Origin: Candidatus Sulfobium sp.
GTDB taxonomy: Bacteria > Nitrospirota > Thermodesulfovibrionia > Thermodesulfovibrionales > UBA6898
DNA: 60,598 bases
Assembly: GCA_037380845.1 (NCBI GenBank)
Contig: JARRRI010000011.1
Location: forward strand, 1-60,598
Direction: 5' to 3'
Made by a program: the position numbers and the translations under genes. Below the pieces are notes generated by a model, which saw only the letters and a program-made list of their open reading frames with translations, ran no database searches and was not told where the DNA came from. Each line of letters opens with the position of its first letter. Within the stretch, counting starts at the first letter, position 1. Positions 49,328 to 59,700 of the stretch are shown one piece after another.

Positions 49328-50103
49328 GCAGCGCCCTGGAAGTGGAAGGTTTGACGGTTGCGGTTAAGGGGAAAAAAGTCCTCAGGGACATCAACTTCAC
49401 GCTGGAAGAAGGGATCTTCCTCGGCATAGTCGGTCCAAACGGCGGCGGGAAGACCACACTGATCCGGACAATCCTGGGTCTCCTGAAACCCGCTTCCGGG
49501 AGCGTGAGAGTATTCGGACAACGGCCGGGATCGACGCTTGCGCAAAGCGGAATTTTGGGTTACCTTCCCCAGCACCAGAACATAGACCCCAACTTCCCGG
49601 CAACGGCGCTCGATATTGTCCTAATGGGGAGATACAGGGCAGCCGGATTCCTGAAGTGGCCGGGGAAGAAGGACAGGGAGAAGGCACTGCAATGTCTTAC
49701 GATCATGGGTGCCGAAGAACTCCGGAACAGGCAGTACAGTCAGATGTCGGGCGGACAGCAGCAGAGGGTTTCCATTGCGCGGGCCCTCGCAGCCGACCCG
49801 AGAATGCTCGTTCTGGACGAACCGAGCACCGGCATAGACGTAGTCGGGCAGGAAGACTTCTATCACCTGCTCAAGGGCCTTCAGAAAAAGATGAACCTGA
49901 CCATCCTGATGGTCTCCCACGATATAGGCAGTGTCACATCATATGTGGACGAGATTTCCTGCCTGAACATCAGCCTTCACTACCACGGCAATCCCCTCGG
50001 GGCCCTCGACGAAAAGGTCATGACCTCCCTTTACGGCAAAAGCGTGGATCTGCTGGTCCACTCCGATGTCTGCGACAAATGCGAGAGGCTCAGACAACAT
50101 TGA
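49324..50103 (+). CDS. znuC: metal ABC transporter ATPase
   Basis: GPNGGGKTT, MSGGQQQR, LDEP, SHD. Confidence 0.88.
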   Translation: MSSALEVEGLTVAVKGKKVLRDINFTLEEGIFLGIVGPNGGGKTTLIRTILGLLKPASGSVRVFGQRPGSTLAQSGILGYLPQHQNIDPNFPATALDIVLMGRYRAAGFLKWPGKKDREKALQCLTIMGAEELRNRQYSQMSGGQQQRVSIARALAADPRMLVLDEPSTGIDVVGQEDFYHLLKGLQKKMNLTILMVSHDIGSVTSYVDEISCLNISLHYHGNPLGALDEKVMTSLYGKSVDLLVHSDVCDKCERLRQH

Positions 50104-50900
50104 TCGAGGTCCTCAGCTCACCTTTCATGCAGAAAGCCTTTCTGGCCGGACTCCTCGTAAGTCTGCTGACCGGTATTATCTCGACCTTCATCGTCCTGCG
50201 GAAAATGTCTTTTGTCGGCGCGGGCATTTCCCATGCCGCCTTCGGCGGCGTTGCCATCGGTTTTTTCACCGGAGCCGACCCGCTGATCGCCGCAATCATA
50301 TATTCCGTCATTATTGCTCTCGGCATCGAGGCCACCGGCAGGAGAGGAGGAATATCGGAAGACGTCTCGATAGGGATATTCTATTCCGTGTCCATGGCAC
50401 TGGGGATAGCGCTTGTGAGCCTTTCAAAGACATACAATGTCGACCTTTTCGGTTATCTCTTCGGGAACATACTCGCCATTACGGACGCGGATATCGTGCT
50501 GACCATGGCAGTTTCGGTCCCGGTTACAGCCCTGATGCTGATATTCCTGAAGGAATACTTTCTTATCACCTACGACGAAGAACTGGCAAAGGTAAGCGGC
50601 ATCCGAGTCAGAGCGATGAACATCCTGTTTCTCGTCGCCCTTGCCGTCTCCATAGTAATATCAATCCGCATCGTAGGGATAATCCTGGTAGCCGCCCTGC
50701 TGGTCATCCCCGGAGCCACCGCCCGGCTGTTTGCCAAAGGCCTGCTTTCGATGATTTTCTTTTCGTGTGCCGCAGGCGCATTCTCCGTAATAGCGGGCCT
50801 CTTCGTTTCATACCGGTACGACGTTGCGCCCGGGGCCTGCATAGTCCTCACGGCGGCTACGATCTTCTTCGTCCCGCTCTCTTTGAAAAAATGGGCATAG
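50100..50900 (+). CDS. znuB: metal ABC transporter permease
   Basis: ISHAAFGG, YLFGNIL; TTG start overlapping the znuC stop. Confidence 0.88.
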   Translation: MIEVLSSPFMQKAFLAGLLVSLLTGIISTFIVLRKMSFVGAGISHAAFGGVAIGFFTGADPLIAAIIYSVIIALGIEATGRRGGISEDVSIGIFYSVSMALGIALVSLSKTYNVDLFGYLFGNILAITDADIVLTMAVSVPVTALMLIFLKEYFLITYDEELAKVSGIRVRAMNILFLVALAVSIVISIRIVGIILVAALLVIPGATARLFAKGLLSMIFFSCAAGAFSVIAGLFVSYRYDVAPGACIVLTAATIFFVPLSLKKWA

Positions 50901-50949
50901 TTGATCAATAATGAATAAAGGAGACGTCTGATACGTTAAAGGAGAGAGT

Positions 50950-51357
50950 ATGACCGACAGGATAAGACCGACCGTCAGTTTCGCCATCATCTGTGATGAC
51001 GTACGTCAGGAAATGGGCGGGAAGATCAGTCTCATGGGACTGTTCGAAAACATTTATGCGACGAAATTCCCGGCCATCCACCCCAGGCTCGCTGTCGTCA
51101 CTGAATGGACCGAAGGGAAAGGCGAATTCCAGGTAAGAATGAAGCTCATAGCGCCCGACCGGAACACGGTGCTACGCGAAACCTTGTCCAAGATGAAGCT
51201 TAACGACGTCAATTTCAGGCACCGGGACGTTTCTCTTCACCTGAATATCGAATTCAAGGAACCCGGCACCTACTGGATAGAAAACCGGGTCGACGACGAG
51301 CTGGTATATTCGATGCCTCTCAAGGTGGTCCAGGTAAAAGAGCAGTCGACCCATTAG
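50950..51357 (+). CDS. conserved hypothetical protein
   Basis: CDDVRQE.GGK.SL.G, PGTY; GGAGAG RBS. Confidence 0.7.
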   Translation: MTDRIRPTVSFAIICDDVRQEMGGKISLMGLFENIYATKFPAIHPRLAVVTEWTEGKGEFQVRMKLIAPDRNTVLRETLSKMKLNDVNFRHRDVSLHLNIEFKEPGTYWIENRVDDELVYSMPLKVVQVKEQSTH

Positions 51358-51377
51358 GCAGTGCAAGGGAGAAGCTC

Positions 51378-51746
51378 ATGGAGATATTTCTCAAGATAGC
51401 GGAGCAGAGAATCAGGGAGGCCCTCGAAAAAGGTGAGTTCGATAATCTCCGGGGCAAGGGCCAGCCGATCCGGTTTGAGGACGAAACCTGGATACCCGAA
51501 GACCTCCGTCCGGCCTACCGGGTGCTGAAGAACTCGGGATGCATCCCGCCCGAGCTTGAACTCAGGAGAGAAGTTTTGTCACTTCGCGACCTGATCGACA
51601 CCATAGATGAAGATACCGAGCGGATCAGGAAGATCAGGGAGCTGAACTTCAAACTGCTGAAACTGAACGAGTTGCGAAAGAAGCCCCTCTGCCTGGATAA
51701 ATTTCCCGAATACGAGGAAAAAATTTACCGGAAGGCGACGGGATAG
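51378..51746 (+). CDS. DUF1992 (DnaJ-family-associated) protein
   Basis: AEQRIREA..GEFDNL.GKG.P, LKNSG.IPPE. Confidence 0.85.
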   Translation: MEIFLKIAEQRIREALEKGEFDNLRGKGQPIRFEDETWIPEDLRPAYRVLKNSGCIPPELELRREVLSLRDLIDTIDEDTERIRKIRELNFKLLKLNELRKKPLCLDKFPEYEEKIYRKATG

Positions 51747-51761
51747 TCCGCCGATAATTGA

Positions 51762-51851
51762 TGGCGGAGAGGCAGGGATTCGAACCCTGGGTGGAGTTGC
51801 CCCCACAACGATTTTCGAGACCGTCCCATTCAACCGCTCTGGCACCTCTCC
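51762..51851 (-). tRNA. tRNA-Ser(CGA)
   Basis: GGAGAGG acceptor stem, anticodon loop CT-CGA-AA, long variable arm, GGTTCGAATCC, encoded CCA. Confidence 0.96.
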
Positions 51852-51952
51852 GAACCCTGCTATTATAATTCAGCCTCTCGTCACTTAACAACCTAACACC
51901 GTGAAAAAATACCTCAACGACTCCCTGACGGGATTACTCCCGCATTCAGACG

Positions 51953-52198
51953 TCACGGCCTCCTCAGTTGCCGGATCAGGAAGAGACAGACAAATATGAC
52001 CAGGAGCAACGGAAGGGCTACAAGGGTGACCTTTATCAGTTCGACAAGCGCAGCATCAGCGGCCTCCGAAACGGAAAAGTGGGCCGGATAAAACGACTTC
52101 AGGTAATGGATTTCCCAAACCGAATGGAGGGAAACGGAAGAAACGGCTATCAGACAGGCAAATACAACGGCTGAAAGCACCAGATAGACCGGTTTCAT
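51953..52198 (-). CDS. small two-TM hypothetical protein
   Basis: ATGA overlap with upstream gene; two hydrophobic helices. Confidence 0.55.
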   Translation of the reverse strand: MKPVYLVLSAVVFACLIAVSSVSLHSVWEIHYLKSFYPAHFSVSEAADAALVELIKVTLVALPLLLVIFVCLFLIRQLRRP

Positions 52199-53073
52199 TT
52201 CTCTCTGAGATACTTTCTGAACCATGTCAGGCAGCGGTTCCATGCGTCTCTCGCCGCCCCAGGCCGGTAGCTTGGACGATAGTCCGCAAAAAAAGCATGA
52301 GGTGCACCGGGATAAAGAACGAACTCGGCCGTCTTGCCGGCCTTCCTCAGAGCTAGCTCCATCTCCCTGGCATCATCCGCCGGAATGCCCAGGTCCTCTG
52401 CCCCGTACAGACCGAGCACGGGACAGGTGATTGCTTCCGCGACATCGAGAGGCCCCTGCGTACGCACGCCGGGCTTCTTCTCGGGCTTGATCTGGCCATA
52501 CCAGGCCACTGCAGCCTTCGTCTCCCGGTTATGGGCGGCATAAAGCAGAGTGTACAATCCGCCCCGACAAAAACCGGTGACCCCCATACGGTCGGGCAGC
52601 GCAGAGGGATGCCCCGCGGCATACCGTGCCAGGGCATCAAGGTCGGCCATTACCCTGGAGTCGGGTATGGAATCCGTCACCCGGCGAACGGACGCTATGT
52701 CGGAAAGATGCAATACGCCCCCTTCCCTGGCGTACGGCTCAAAGGTAAAGGACAGGAAACCCTCCCTGGCAAAACGTCGTGTGACGTCCCTGATGTGCTC
52801 ATGCATCCCGAATATCTCCGGAATGACCAGCAGCACCGGGTACTTCCCCCCACCTGACTGTCTCGCCTCGTAAACCGGAACCGAAAAGTCTCCGGACTCC
52901 ACCGTGACGTCGGAGACGGCGAGCCCCTCAACCGGTGTACTGACTATTTCGCCTGACACGGAACTCGAAGCAGCGGCATATCCGGCGAGACCCGTTCCGC
53001 CGGCGCTTGTCCAGCGGCGATGCTGACTCTCGGTCATACCTTCATATGCATTCGCCAGCCAGTCTCTGACCAT
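52195..53073 (-). CDS. dienelactone hydrolase family protein
   Basis: EIFG, GFCRGG nucleophile elbow, HAF; GGAGG RBS. Confidence 0.92.
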   Translation of the reverse strand: MVRDWLANAYEGMTESQHRRWTSAGGTGLAGYAAASSSVSGEIVSTPVEGLAVSDVTVESGDFSVPVYEARQSGGGKYPVLLVIPEIFGMHEHIRDVTRRFAREGFLSFTFEPYAREGGVLHLSDIASVRRVTDSIPDSRVMADLDALARYAAGHPSALPDRMGVTGFCRGGLYTLLYAAHNRETKAAVAWYGQIKPEKKPGVRTQGPLDVAEAITCPVLGLYGAEDLGIPADDAREMELALRKAGKTAEFVLYPGAPHAFFADYRPSYRPGAARDAWNRCLTWFRKYLREK

Positions 53074-53330
53074 TGAGCCTCCCTTTACAGTCTTTTTCAG
53101 GAAGGAACATCGCTCCTTCATCCAAATTATAACCAGCAAAGCGGGACCACGCAAATAACCGAATTGCCTCACTGAAAAACGATACGAAAGTGAATCGTTG
53201 CCTCAAATAAGAAATCGATACGAAAAATCTTTGAAAATGTCTTCTGTAGGCAGTGCAACACGATAAGGCGGCCAATTCCCGACAGAGGCCCGGTCTGCAT
53301 ACAACAGGCACTAAAAATGCGACGCGGAGT

Positions 53331-54023
53331 TCATTGCCCGACTTTCTCTTTCAGGCGTCTCAGAAGGTCCTCGTAAGACCCTCTGCCGATAATCTCGCGA
53401 AACTGGGTCCTGTAGTTGTTTATAAGACTCACACCTTCCACAACAACATCGTAAACGAGCCACTCCCCTCCTTTCCTGATCAGCCGGTAATCCACCGATA
53501 CCTGGGCGCCCGCAGTCGTCATTATATTTGTCCTGACCGTAGCATAAGGCTCATCAATGCGTTCGTCCACATAGAAAACCTTGTCGTGTGCCTGCTCTTT
53601 GATTTCCTTTTGGTAGCGCCTTACCTTGCTGCTGTAAACATCCTCGACAAGCTTCGAGAAGAGAGAAACGAACTCTTTCCTCCGCTTCGGCGATAACTTT
53701 CTCCACTGGCCTGCAAGGACGCGTTTCGACATCTCTGCGAAATCAAAGCGTTGTTCTGCAATCTCTCTCAACTTTTCGATCTTCTGCTCCGGACCGAGAC
53801 TGTTGTCATTGAAAACGGTCCGCGCTTCTTCGACAGTTCTTTTTATCAAATCCATGGGACCCTGAGCCGTCGCATCGGCCGGACGGCAGGTAGGCAAAAG
53901 AAGAAACGCGAACAGCGCAAGAGTCGTAAGCGAAACGGCGGCCTTCCTGCAAATGACCGATGTCGAACACGGCATGACACCTTCCTTAATTGCCCTGACT
54001 CTCACGATTGAACTCTCATTCAT
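53331..54023 (-). CDS. MlaC/Ttg2D-family ABC substrate-binding protein
   Basis: FDFAEMS, VDYRL, YDVVVEGVSLINNYRTQF. Confidence 0.9.
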   Translation of the reverse strand: MNESSIVRVRAIKEGVMPCSTSVICRKAAVSLTTLALFAFLLLPTCRPADATAQGPMDLIKRTVEEARTVFNDNSLGPEQKIEKLREIAEQRFDFAEMSKRVLAGQWRKLSPKRRKEFVSLFSKLVEDVYSSKVRRYQKEIKEQAHDKVFYVDERIDEPYATVRTNIMTTAGAQVSVDYRLIRKGGEWLVYDVVVEGVSLINNYRTQFREIIGRGSYEDLLRRLKEKVGQ

Positions 54024-54193
54024 CCTTAAAACTTTCCCCTGCCTTTTGCAGAGGACGTCAAGTTACCTGAAGAAGGGACTCCATAAAAAAAGTTTAGCAG
54101 TATAACCTCGCAGGTTCCACAACCAGGCGGAATACCGGCGGCGAAAGTTATTTGGATTTTCAGGGAGAAAACGGCTGTAAAGTAATATACAAT

Positions 54194-54667
54194 ATGGACA
54201 TGACAAAGCTGAGCGCCGGTCTGCTTCTCTACCGTTTCGGGGAAAAGGGCGAAATCGAGGTCCTTCTCGTCCACCCCGGGGGACCTTTCTGGGCAAAAAA
54301 GGACCTGGGAGCATGGTCCATCCCCAAAGGTCTTATTTCATCGGGTGAAGACCCTCTTGAGGCGGCAAAGCGCGAGTTCGGGGAAGAAACAGGCCTGTCC
54401 GTGTCAGGGCGTTTTGTAAAACTTGCTCCGGTCAAAGTTCACACCAAGATTATAGAGGCCTGGGCGGTCGAAGGCGACTGCGATCCGGAGAACATCAGGA
54501 GCAATACTTTTATGACGGAATGGCCCCCGAAATCAGGCAAACAGCAGGAATTTCCGGAGGTAGACCGCGCGGCATGGTTCGGACTTGAAAAAGCCGGAGT
54601 AAAAATCAACAGGGGACAGGCCCCCCTGCTGGAAGAGCTCCGGCACCTCTTAAAAAAGAAAGCGTGA
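54194..54667 (+). CDS. NUDIX hydrolase
   Basis: HPGGP, AAKREFGEETG Nudix box, FPEVDRA. Confidence 0.92.
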   Translation: MDMTKLSAGLLLYRFGEKGEIEVLLVHPGGPFWAKKDLGAWSIPKGLISSGEDPLEAAKREFGEETGLSVSGRFVKLAPVKVHTKIIEAWAVEGDCDPENIRSNTFMTEWPPKSGKQQEFPEVDRAAWFGLEKAGVKINRGQAPLLEELRHLLKKKA

Positions 54668-54676
54668 CAGCCGGAC

Positions 54677-55267
54677 TCAGACCATCTCGCTCTTCAGTCT
54701 TTCTACTCCTCCGGCAAACATCTCCACGTACCTTTTTTCATTATCCTCGAGAAACTGCGCCAGCCTCTCCTGCACCGCCTCGTCAACCGACAGGGACGGC
54801 TGAAGAACGGTTCTTCCGTCGGCCGTCCTTACAGGTCGCATCCTCATCTGCGGGTTTTGTTCTACTGCAGCCCTCATTTCCCGAGCGGCCTGTTCCTGTA
54901 TCTGCCGGTATTCCCGGCACACCTTTTCGAGCATATTCGATGCGTTTTCCACGGCGGCCGCATTTTTGTTCTCCTTCAGCGCCTCTATCGCCAGAATCCC
55001 TTCTCTCCTCAACTGGAATTCCTCCTTCAGGATGCCCAGCCTCAGCGAGTCGGCCATGCTCCTTTGCGCCTCCGAGAGCAGGGACGGCCTGGAGCCCTTC
55101 AATTTTTCCCACAGATCGTCCCTCTTGAGTTCTCCCTTGTAAAAAGCGGCGAGCACCGACCTTATCTTTTCCCGGTCCCTGATTCGCTCCTTTTCCTCGG
55201 GCGTGAGCGCTTCTACAGCCTCGATCTTTTCCATGGCTTTCTCAAAGGCACTTTTTACGTTTCCCAT
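54677..55267 (-). CDS. hypothetical helical protein
   Basis: KSAFEKAMEK N-terminus; long ORF with RBS. Confidence 0.7.
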   Translation of the reverse strand: MGNVKSAFEKAMEKIEAVEALTPEEKERIRDREKIRSVLAAFYKGELKRDDLWEKLKGSRPSLLSEAQRSMADSLRLGILKEEFQLRREGILAIEALKENKNAAAVENASNMLEKVCREYRQIQEQAAREMRAAVEQNPQMRMRPVRTADGRTVLQPSLSVDEAVQERLAQFLEDNEKRYVEMFAGGVERLKSEMV

Positions 55268-55442
55268 GCAGTTCACTCCTTCGCAACTTTCTTTTTATTA
55301 CTGCCTACTATTTTAACCCGATTCAGGTACTTGTTGACATCCGGCGCGGAGGCGGCAGACTGTCGGGGATTTAGGACAAAAAAAGGACGCTGTCCCGGAT
55401 GCTTATGCACCCAACGCAACATCCTTTCCCCTGGTTAATATT

Positions 55443-56129
55443 TTACCTTCTGGATAGACTGAGCATCCTCGTGGTACCGGCAGCTCCTGTTACGAAGGCG
55501 GACACGCTTACGATAAGCATGCCGACCAGGGTCAGGGTTACAGGCAGAAGTCCCGAAAGGGCAATGACGCCGAGGGCTATTCCGCCAAGACCAAGCATGA
55601 GCTCACCGCCTACGGAAGCAACCATCGCCTCATGGGCTATCCTCTTAAACCGCTCACTTTCTTCGCTCGTTTCGGTTTCAAGCGAATTAAGACGTGCCGT
55701 CAGACCACTGCTCAACATGAGTGTCACGCCGAATACAAGCAAGGCAACAGAAAGCAGTACCATCGGATATACGCCTACGAGAGAGAGGATTCCGAGAACC
55801 ACTCCTGTGGCGCCTCCCAGATACTCCGAGGTTAAACCCGCACTGAACTCAGTCTTCTCCAGACGGTCCTTACTGGTTTCGGCAAGGAGCTTCGAAAACC
55901 GGCTGCTGATCGCCATTCCTTCGATCAGGAAGGCTGACCCTATAGCTATCGCCGCTATAGGCAGCATATACCCGGCGTAAATGCCGGATAGGCCTATAAG
56001 TGTCAGCACTAGCGCGATCCCGCTTAGAAAACTTTCTGCCAGGGATCCGCTTAGAACCGTCTTACGTACGCTGGCATCAACCAGTCCCTGTTGCCCCGCC
56101 TCACGTACCGCCTGAAGCGTGCTTTTCAT
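55443..56129 (-). CDS. membrane protein with three internal hairpin repeats
   Basis: six TM helices; AGGAGG RBS. Confidence 0.75.
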   Translation of the reverse strand: MKSTLQAVREAGQQGLVDASVRKTVLSGSLAESFLSGIALVLTLIGLSGIYAGYMLPIAAIAIGSAFLIEGMAISSRFSKLLAETSKDRLEKTEFSAGLTSEYLGGATGVVLGILSLVGVYPMVLLSVALLVFGVTLMLSSGLTARLNSLETETSEESERFKRIAHEAMVASVGGELMLGLGGIALGVIALSGLLPVTLTLVGMLIVSVSAFVTGAAGTTRMLSLSRR

Positions 56130-56445
56130 CTCGACTAACCTCCTTTCTTAATTAAATTTTTGTTGATATTGGGCTAACTCCCTGTGGAGTCGCTCTCCCT
56201 TTACCTTCCAACTTTAGGATATTACGCGATAATAAAGTGCGCAACTGTTTAATGATGCGGTTTAAGCGGCTACATACTCCTTGTCAAACGAAAAAGGAGT
56301 AAAACTACCTTCTTTCTCCGTTTCTTTTCCATATAGTGCCTAAAACTCCCGGGATCTATGGGACTAAACCCTCTGTCGCAAAGGTTTTGCAATACGCGGC
56401 AAAGATATGCTAAATTGGCAGAATAAAGATTTATCGGGGGCCCCT

Positions 56446-56781
56446 ATGGAAAGAGACAGACTGCTTCATGACCTTATCGTCGGCCGCCTCACGGACAAAT
56501 TTTCCGGAGGATACAAGGAAATCAAGATAAACTCTGCCGGAAGCCCCGATTTAGTCCTCGGCAACCACGGACTGACCCTGGCAGTTGTAGAAGTCGAGAC
56601 CGAAAAATCCATCACCGATGAAAAGGCTCAAGAATGGAAGGAAATGACAAAGTCCGGTACCAAGCTCATTCTCATGGTGCCCAGGAGTGCAAGGGTCAGG
56701 GTAATGGAGATCCTTTGGAAACTCGGCATAGCCGACAGGGTCGGGCTGGGCAGCTACGAAATAGTGATAAACATGCCCTGA
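56446..56781 (+). CDS. hypothetical protein, PD-(D/E)xK-like fold possible
   Basis: PDLV...VEVET motif. Confidence 0.6.
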   Translation: MERDRLLHDLIVGRLTDKFSGGYKEIKINSAGSPDLVLGNHGLTLAVVEVETEKSITDEKAQEWKEMTKSGTKLILMVPRSARVRVMEILWKLGIADRVGLGSYEIVINMP

Positions 56782-56928
56782 AATATCTGGTCCCGCCGGG
56801 GACCATGTCGCAGGTCTGTCTACTCACACTTCAGACAAACTTCCGTTTTCCGGATGTGTCGGATAAAATATCATTAGAAAAGAAGGCTCGATAATTGGGC
56901 CTGCAAAAAACAGACCTCAGACTATATC

Positions 56929-57771
56929 ATGATTGAGCCGGCAAGACTGAAGAACAGATTCATAGCACGTATTCTGGGGAAATTCCCCTTCCTGGAAAAA
57001 ATATTCACTTCTCTGTACTACCCTGAAGAATCGGAAGGGGTGCCGTGGACTCCGGTGAAAAAACCTTTGAAGGAGAGCAAAATAGCGATTGTCACCACAG
57101 CGGGTGTTCATCACCGGGACCAGACCCCTTTTGACATGACCGACCCCGACGGCGACCCGTCGTACCGTATTCTCGACGTCAGGAAACCTATCGGGGACTT
57201 CGTCATCACACACGACTACTACGACCACACCGATGCCGACCGGGACCTCAATATCGTTTTCCCCGTTGACAGACTACGGGAGTTTGAAGAGGCTTCCATA
57301 ATCGGCCGCCTGGCAGACACACATTACGGGTTCATGGGACATGTCGCGGGGCGGCATATCGATACCCTCGTCAGGAAGAAGGCTCCGGAGGTCGCGGGGA
57401 TGCTGAAGTCGGACGGCGTGGACGCGGTGCTTCTGACGCCGGCCTGAGGGATCTGCAATCAGACCGTAGGTCTGATACAGCGGGTGATCGAGAGGGCGGG
57501 CATACCTACTGCAGGCATAACGATCGTGAGGAAGTATACCGAGAAGATAAAGCCGCCGAGGTCCGTTTTCCTGCGCTGGCCTTTCGGTCATCCCCTGGGA
57601 GAACCCTTCATGATTGAGCAGCAGAGGGCCGTGCTGACCGAGGTCTTCAAGGCCCTTTATTCAGTCACCATGCCGGGGGATATCATCGATTCCGGCTTCG
57701 GGTGGAGGCGGGAGAAATACGACCGCTACAGCATCTCCGGAGTGAAGGAAGAACTTGACCTTCAGCCCTGA
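56929..57771 (+). CDS. selenoprotein, glycine/sarcosine/betaine/D-proline reductase component B family (PrdB/GrdB-like); Sec at UGA 57445
   Basis: two in-frame ORFs joined by TGA give LTPA-U-GIC; family motifs TTAGV, D.N.VFP, GIPT, PPR, GHPLG; SECIS-like hairpin. Confidence 0.9.
57459..57477 (+). promoter_or_regulatory. bacterial SECIS-like hairpin
   Basis: atcagacc-gta-ggtctgat starts 11 nt after the UGA, with G in the apical loop. Confidence 0.7.
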
Positions 57772-57957
57772 AGGCGGACTTCACTACCTGGGAATTCTCT
57801 TAACCCTGCCGGCTTCAGGACCGGCTTATGGGGGCAAGACCAACAAGAGAACGCGGGCTCCTGCCATAACGCCTTTGGAGGTCTTCAGGACAACCCTCTT
57901 TTCCTTTCGCTTCACGTGACAGCTGATAGGTGATATGGTGTATGGAGGAGGTGAATC

Positions 57958-58188
57958 ATGTTCTGGGGCTATTACGGATGGGGGATGGGATTTGGATGGA
58001 TTATGGCAATCGCCGTATGGGTGCTCGTTATATTGGGCATCATTATGCTCATAAAGTCTGTCGCCGGAAGCGGCACCCACGACGGAGGGGAAGAGTCGGC
58101 GCTTGATATACTCAGGAAGAGGTACGCCCGGGGAGAAATTAACGAAGAAGAGTTCCGGAAAATAAAGGACGACATCACAAAGAGCTGA
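57958..58188 (+). CDS. SHOCT-domain small membrane protein
   Basis: ALDILRKRYARGEINEEEF; GGAGG RBS. Confidence 0.88.
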   Translation: MFWGYYGWGMGFGWIMAIAVWVLVILGIIMLIKSVAGSGTHDGGEESALDILRKRYARGEINEEEFRKIKDDITKS

Positions 58189-58201
58189 AACATACAGTGT
58201 C

Positions 58202-58864
58202 CTACATCTTATGACATGCAAGACACAGTCTGCTCCCGCGGTTGGACATTACCAGTCTCTCCCCTTCACTGGCATAGGGGTTGTGACACGAGATACAGGT
58301 GACTTTGCCGTTCACGAACACGATTCTTCTGTCCGTCACATAGTTATAATCCTTGCTCGGAATATAAAGGACGTCGACCTTATGGTCCTTCGAACCCCCT
58401 ATAGAGGTGGCCACTGCACCGTCATGACAGGTCAGACAGTTGTGTGCCAGCGTCTCGACCTCCGGGGAAGATTCCAGATGTGCCACGCCCAGCAGGCAGC
58501 CCATACCCTGTGTACAATCGTGGCAAACGCGGCAAAGTTCCGGGGAAGGCTTCCTGAGCACACATTTCCCGCTTATGCAGTCGTGGCAGGTAATACAGAT
58601 CATATTCCCGGAAGTATCCAGCGGCAGGGACAGTGACATGGACATTGGTTTGTTCAGGCTGTGAGTAGGAAGCGCCTGGGGATGACACTGGAGACATTGT
58701 TCCACGCTCCTGTAAGGTGAGTGGTCCTGAGACCCGCGAGCGTTGCCTGCTAGGAGAAGAAGAAAAGCTGAGGCGGCCAGGGTAAAGAGAAACCGCCCAG
58801 CTTTTCCGTCGAAAAAAGCGGCCCGGGAAAAAAAGGAGCAGCCGGAAAAGGAAAGGAATGCTTT
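58202..58864 (-). CDS. hexaheme cytochrome c (start unresolved, possible frameshift)
   Basis: six CxxCH motifs; in-frame signal peptide upstream of GTG58705 but no start codon before stop 58865-58867. Confidence 0.75.
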   Translation of the reverse strand, partial: KAFLSFSGCSFFSRAAFFDGKAGRFLFTLAASAFLLLLAGNARGSQDHSPYRSVEQCLQCHPQALPTHSLNKPMSMSLSLPLDTSGNMICITCHDCISGKCVLRKPSPELCRVCHDCTQGMGCLLGVAHLESSPEVETLAHNCLTCHDGAVATSIGGSKDHKVDVLYIPSKDYNYVTDRRIVFVNGKVTCISCHNPYASEGERLVMSNRGSRLCLACHKM

Positions 58865-59142
58865 TCACGTTCAGAACTATTCGGCTTCATTTCAGCATCC
58901 CCACATTGAAACGATCCTCTTTCAGTATCCCCCTGAATTATCCCTCATCTTCAAACTACCTCCGAAAAACCTCCTTGTTAAGATCTTCTTCGAGCCCCGC
59001 AAGCGTCCGGCATACGGCGAAGACAGGGCAGTTGTATGGAATCGGAAGACCTTATAGGCGTGCAAAGGTATCGCTTGCGTGGTAGCATTAAGTGTAGAAT
59101 TAAATTGCGGCTTTGTGCGGGCCATGGAGGATTATACGACCG

Positions 59143-59595
59143 ATGCATAGAGCAGAAACTACGCTCTGGACCTGGTGTCTGCCCGATGTAACCAGGGCCG
59201 TAAACATGAGGGAGTGGAAAGAACACGGCGGCAAGTGGATTATTTTTGACAGGCGCGACAGGCTCATTGACCTGGCTGAAAAACTCGGTCCCTTCATAGA
59301 TTCGGGGGCCGTAGAAAGTGCAAAGTACTGGAATGAAGACCCCGGCGCCATCTGCGTATACTCCCTGGACAGCGAACGGGCGGACGTATGGAAAATCCTG
59401 AAGAAACTGGGGGCGGGAAACAGGAAGGTCTGGGAGTATGACTATGCCATGGGAAAGAACCTCGCCAGGCCCCTCCATTTCGCCTATTCATGGTGTTCCA
59501 AGTTCAGCACGATCCTGCAGAGTTACGGCGTAACGGGAACCCTGCGGCTGATACGGGAAATCCTGGTTCCCCGGGAAGAAGAAGACGGAAAGTGA
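59143..59595 (+). CDS. hypothetical protein, DUF1917-like
   Basis: GKWIIF...AK...ICVYS pattern. Confidence 0.55.
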   Translation: MHRAETTLWTWCLPDVTRAVNMREWKEHGGKWIIFDRRDRLIDLAEKLGPFIDSGAVESAKYWNEDPGAICVYSLDSERADVWKILKKLGAGNRKVWEYDYAMGKNLARPLHFAYSWCSKFSTILQSYGVTGTLRLIREILVPREEEDGK

Positions 59596-59700
59596 AGAAG
59601 GCGGGAAGACTGTGTGAGAGTCCGCCGGTGCCTGATATAATGTTTTTACTGCGCCGGACATCACACGTTGTGAGAACAGGGACCTGCTGGAGGTGGCTTC

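Noticed and set aside
49656..50099. N-terminal extension of the permease ORF
   Set aside because: Overlaps znuC; permease similarity starts at TTG50100
51762..51851. tRNA-Ser as an integration site, or as tRNA-Sec
   Set aside because: No integrase or duplicated 3' end seen; anticodon is CGA, not TCA
56335..56395. Possible further GEMM riboswitch (actaaacc / gcaaaacc words)
   Set aside because: No GAAAGC junction or P3 stem on either strand
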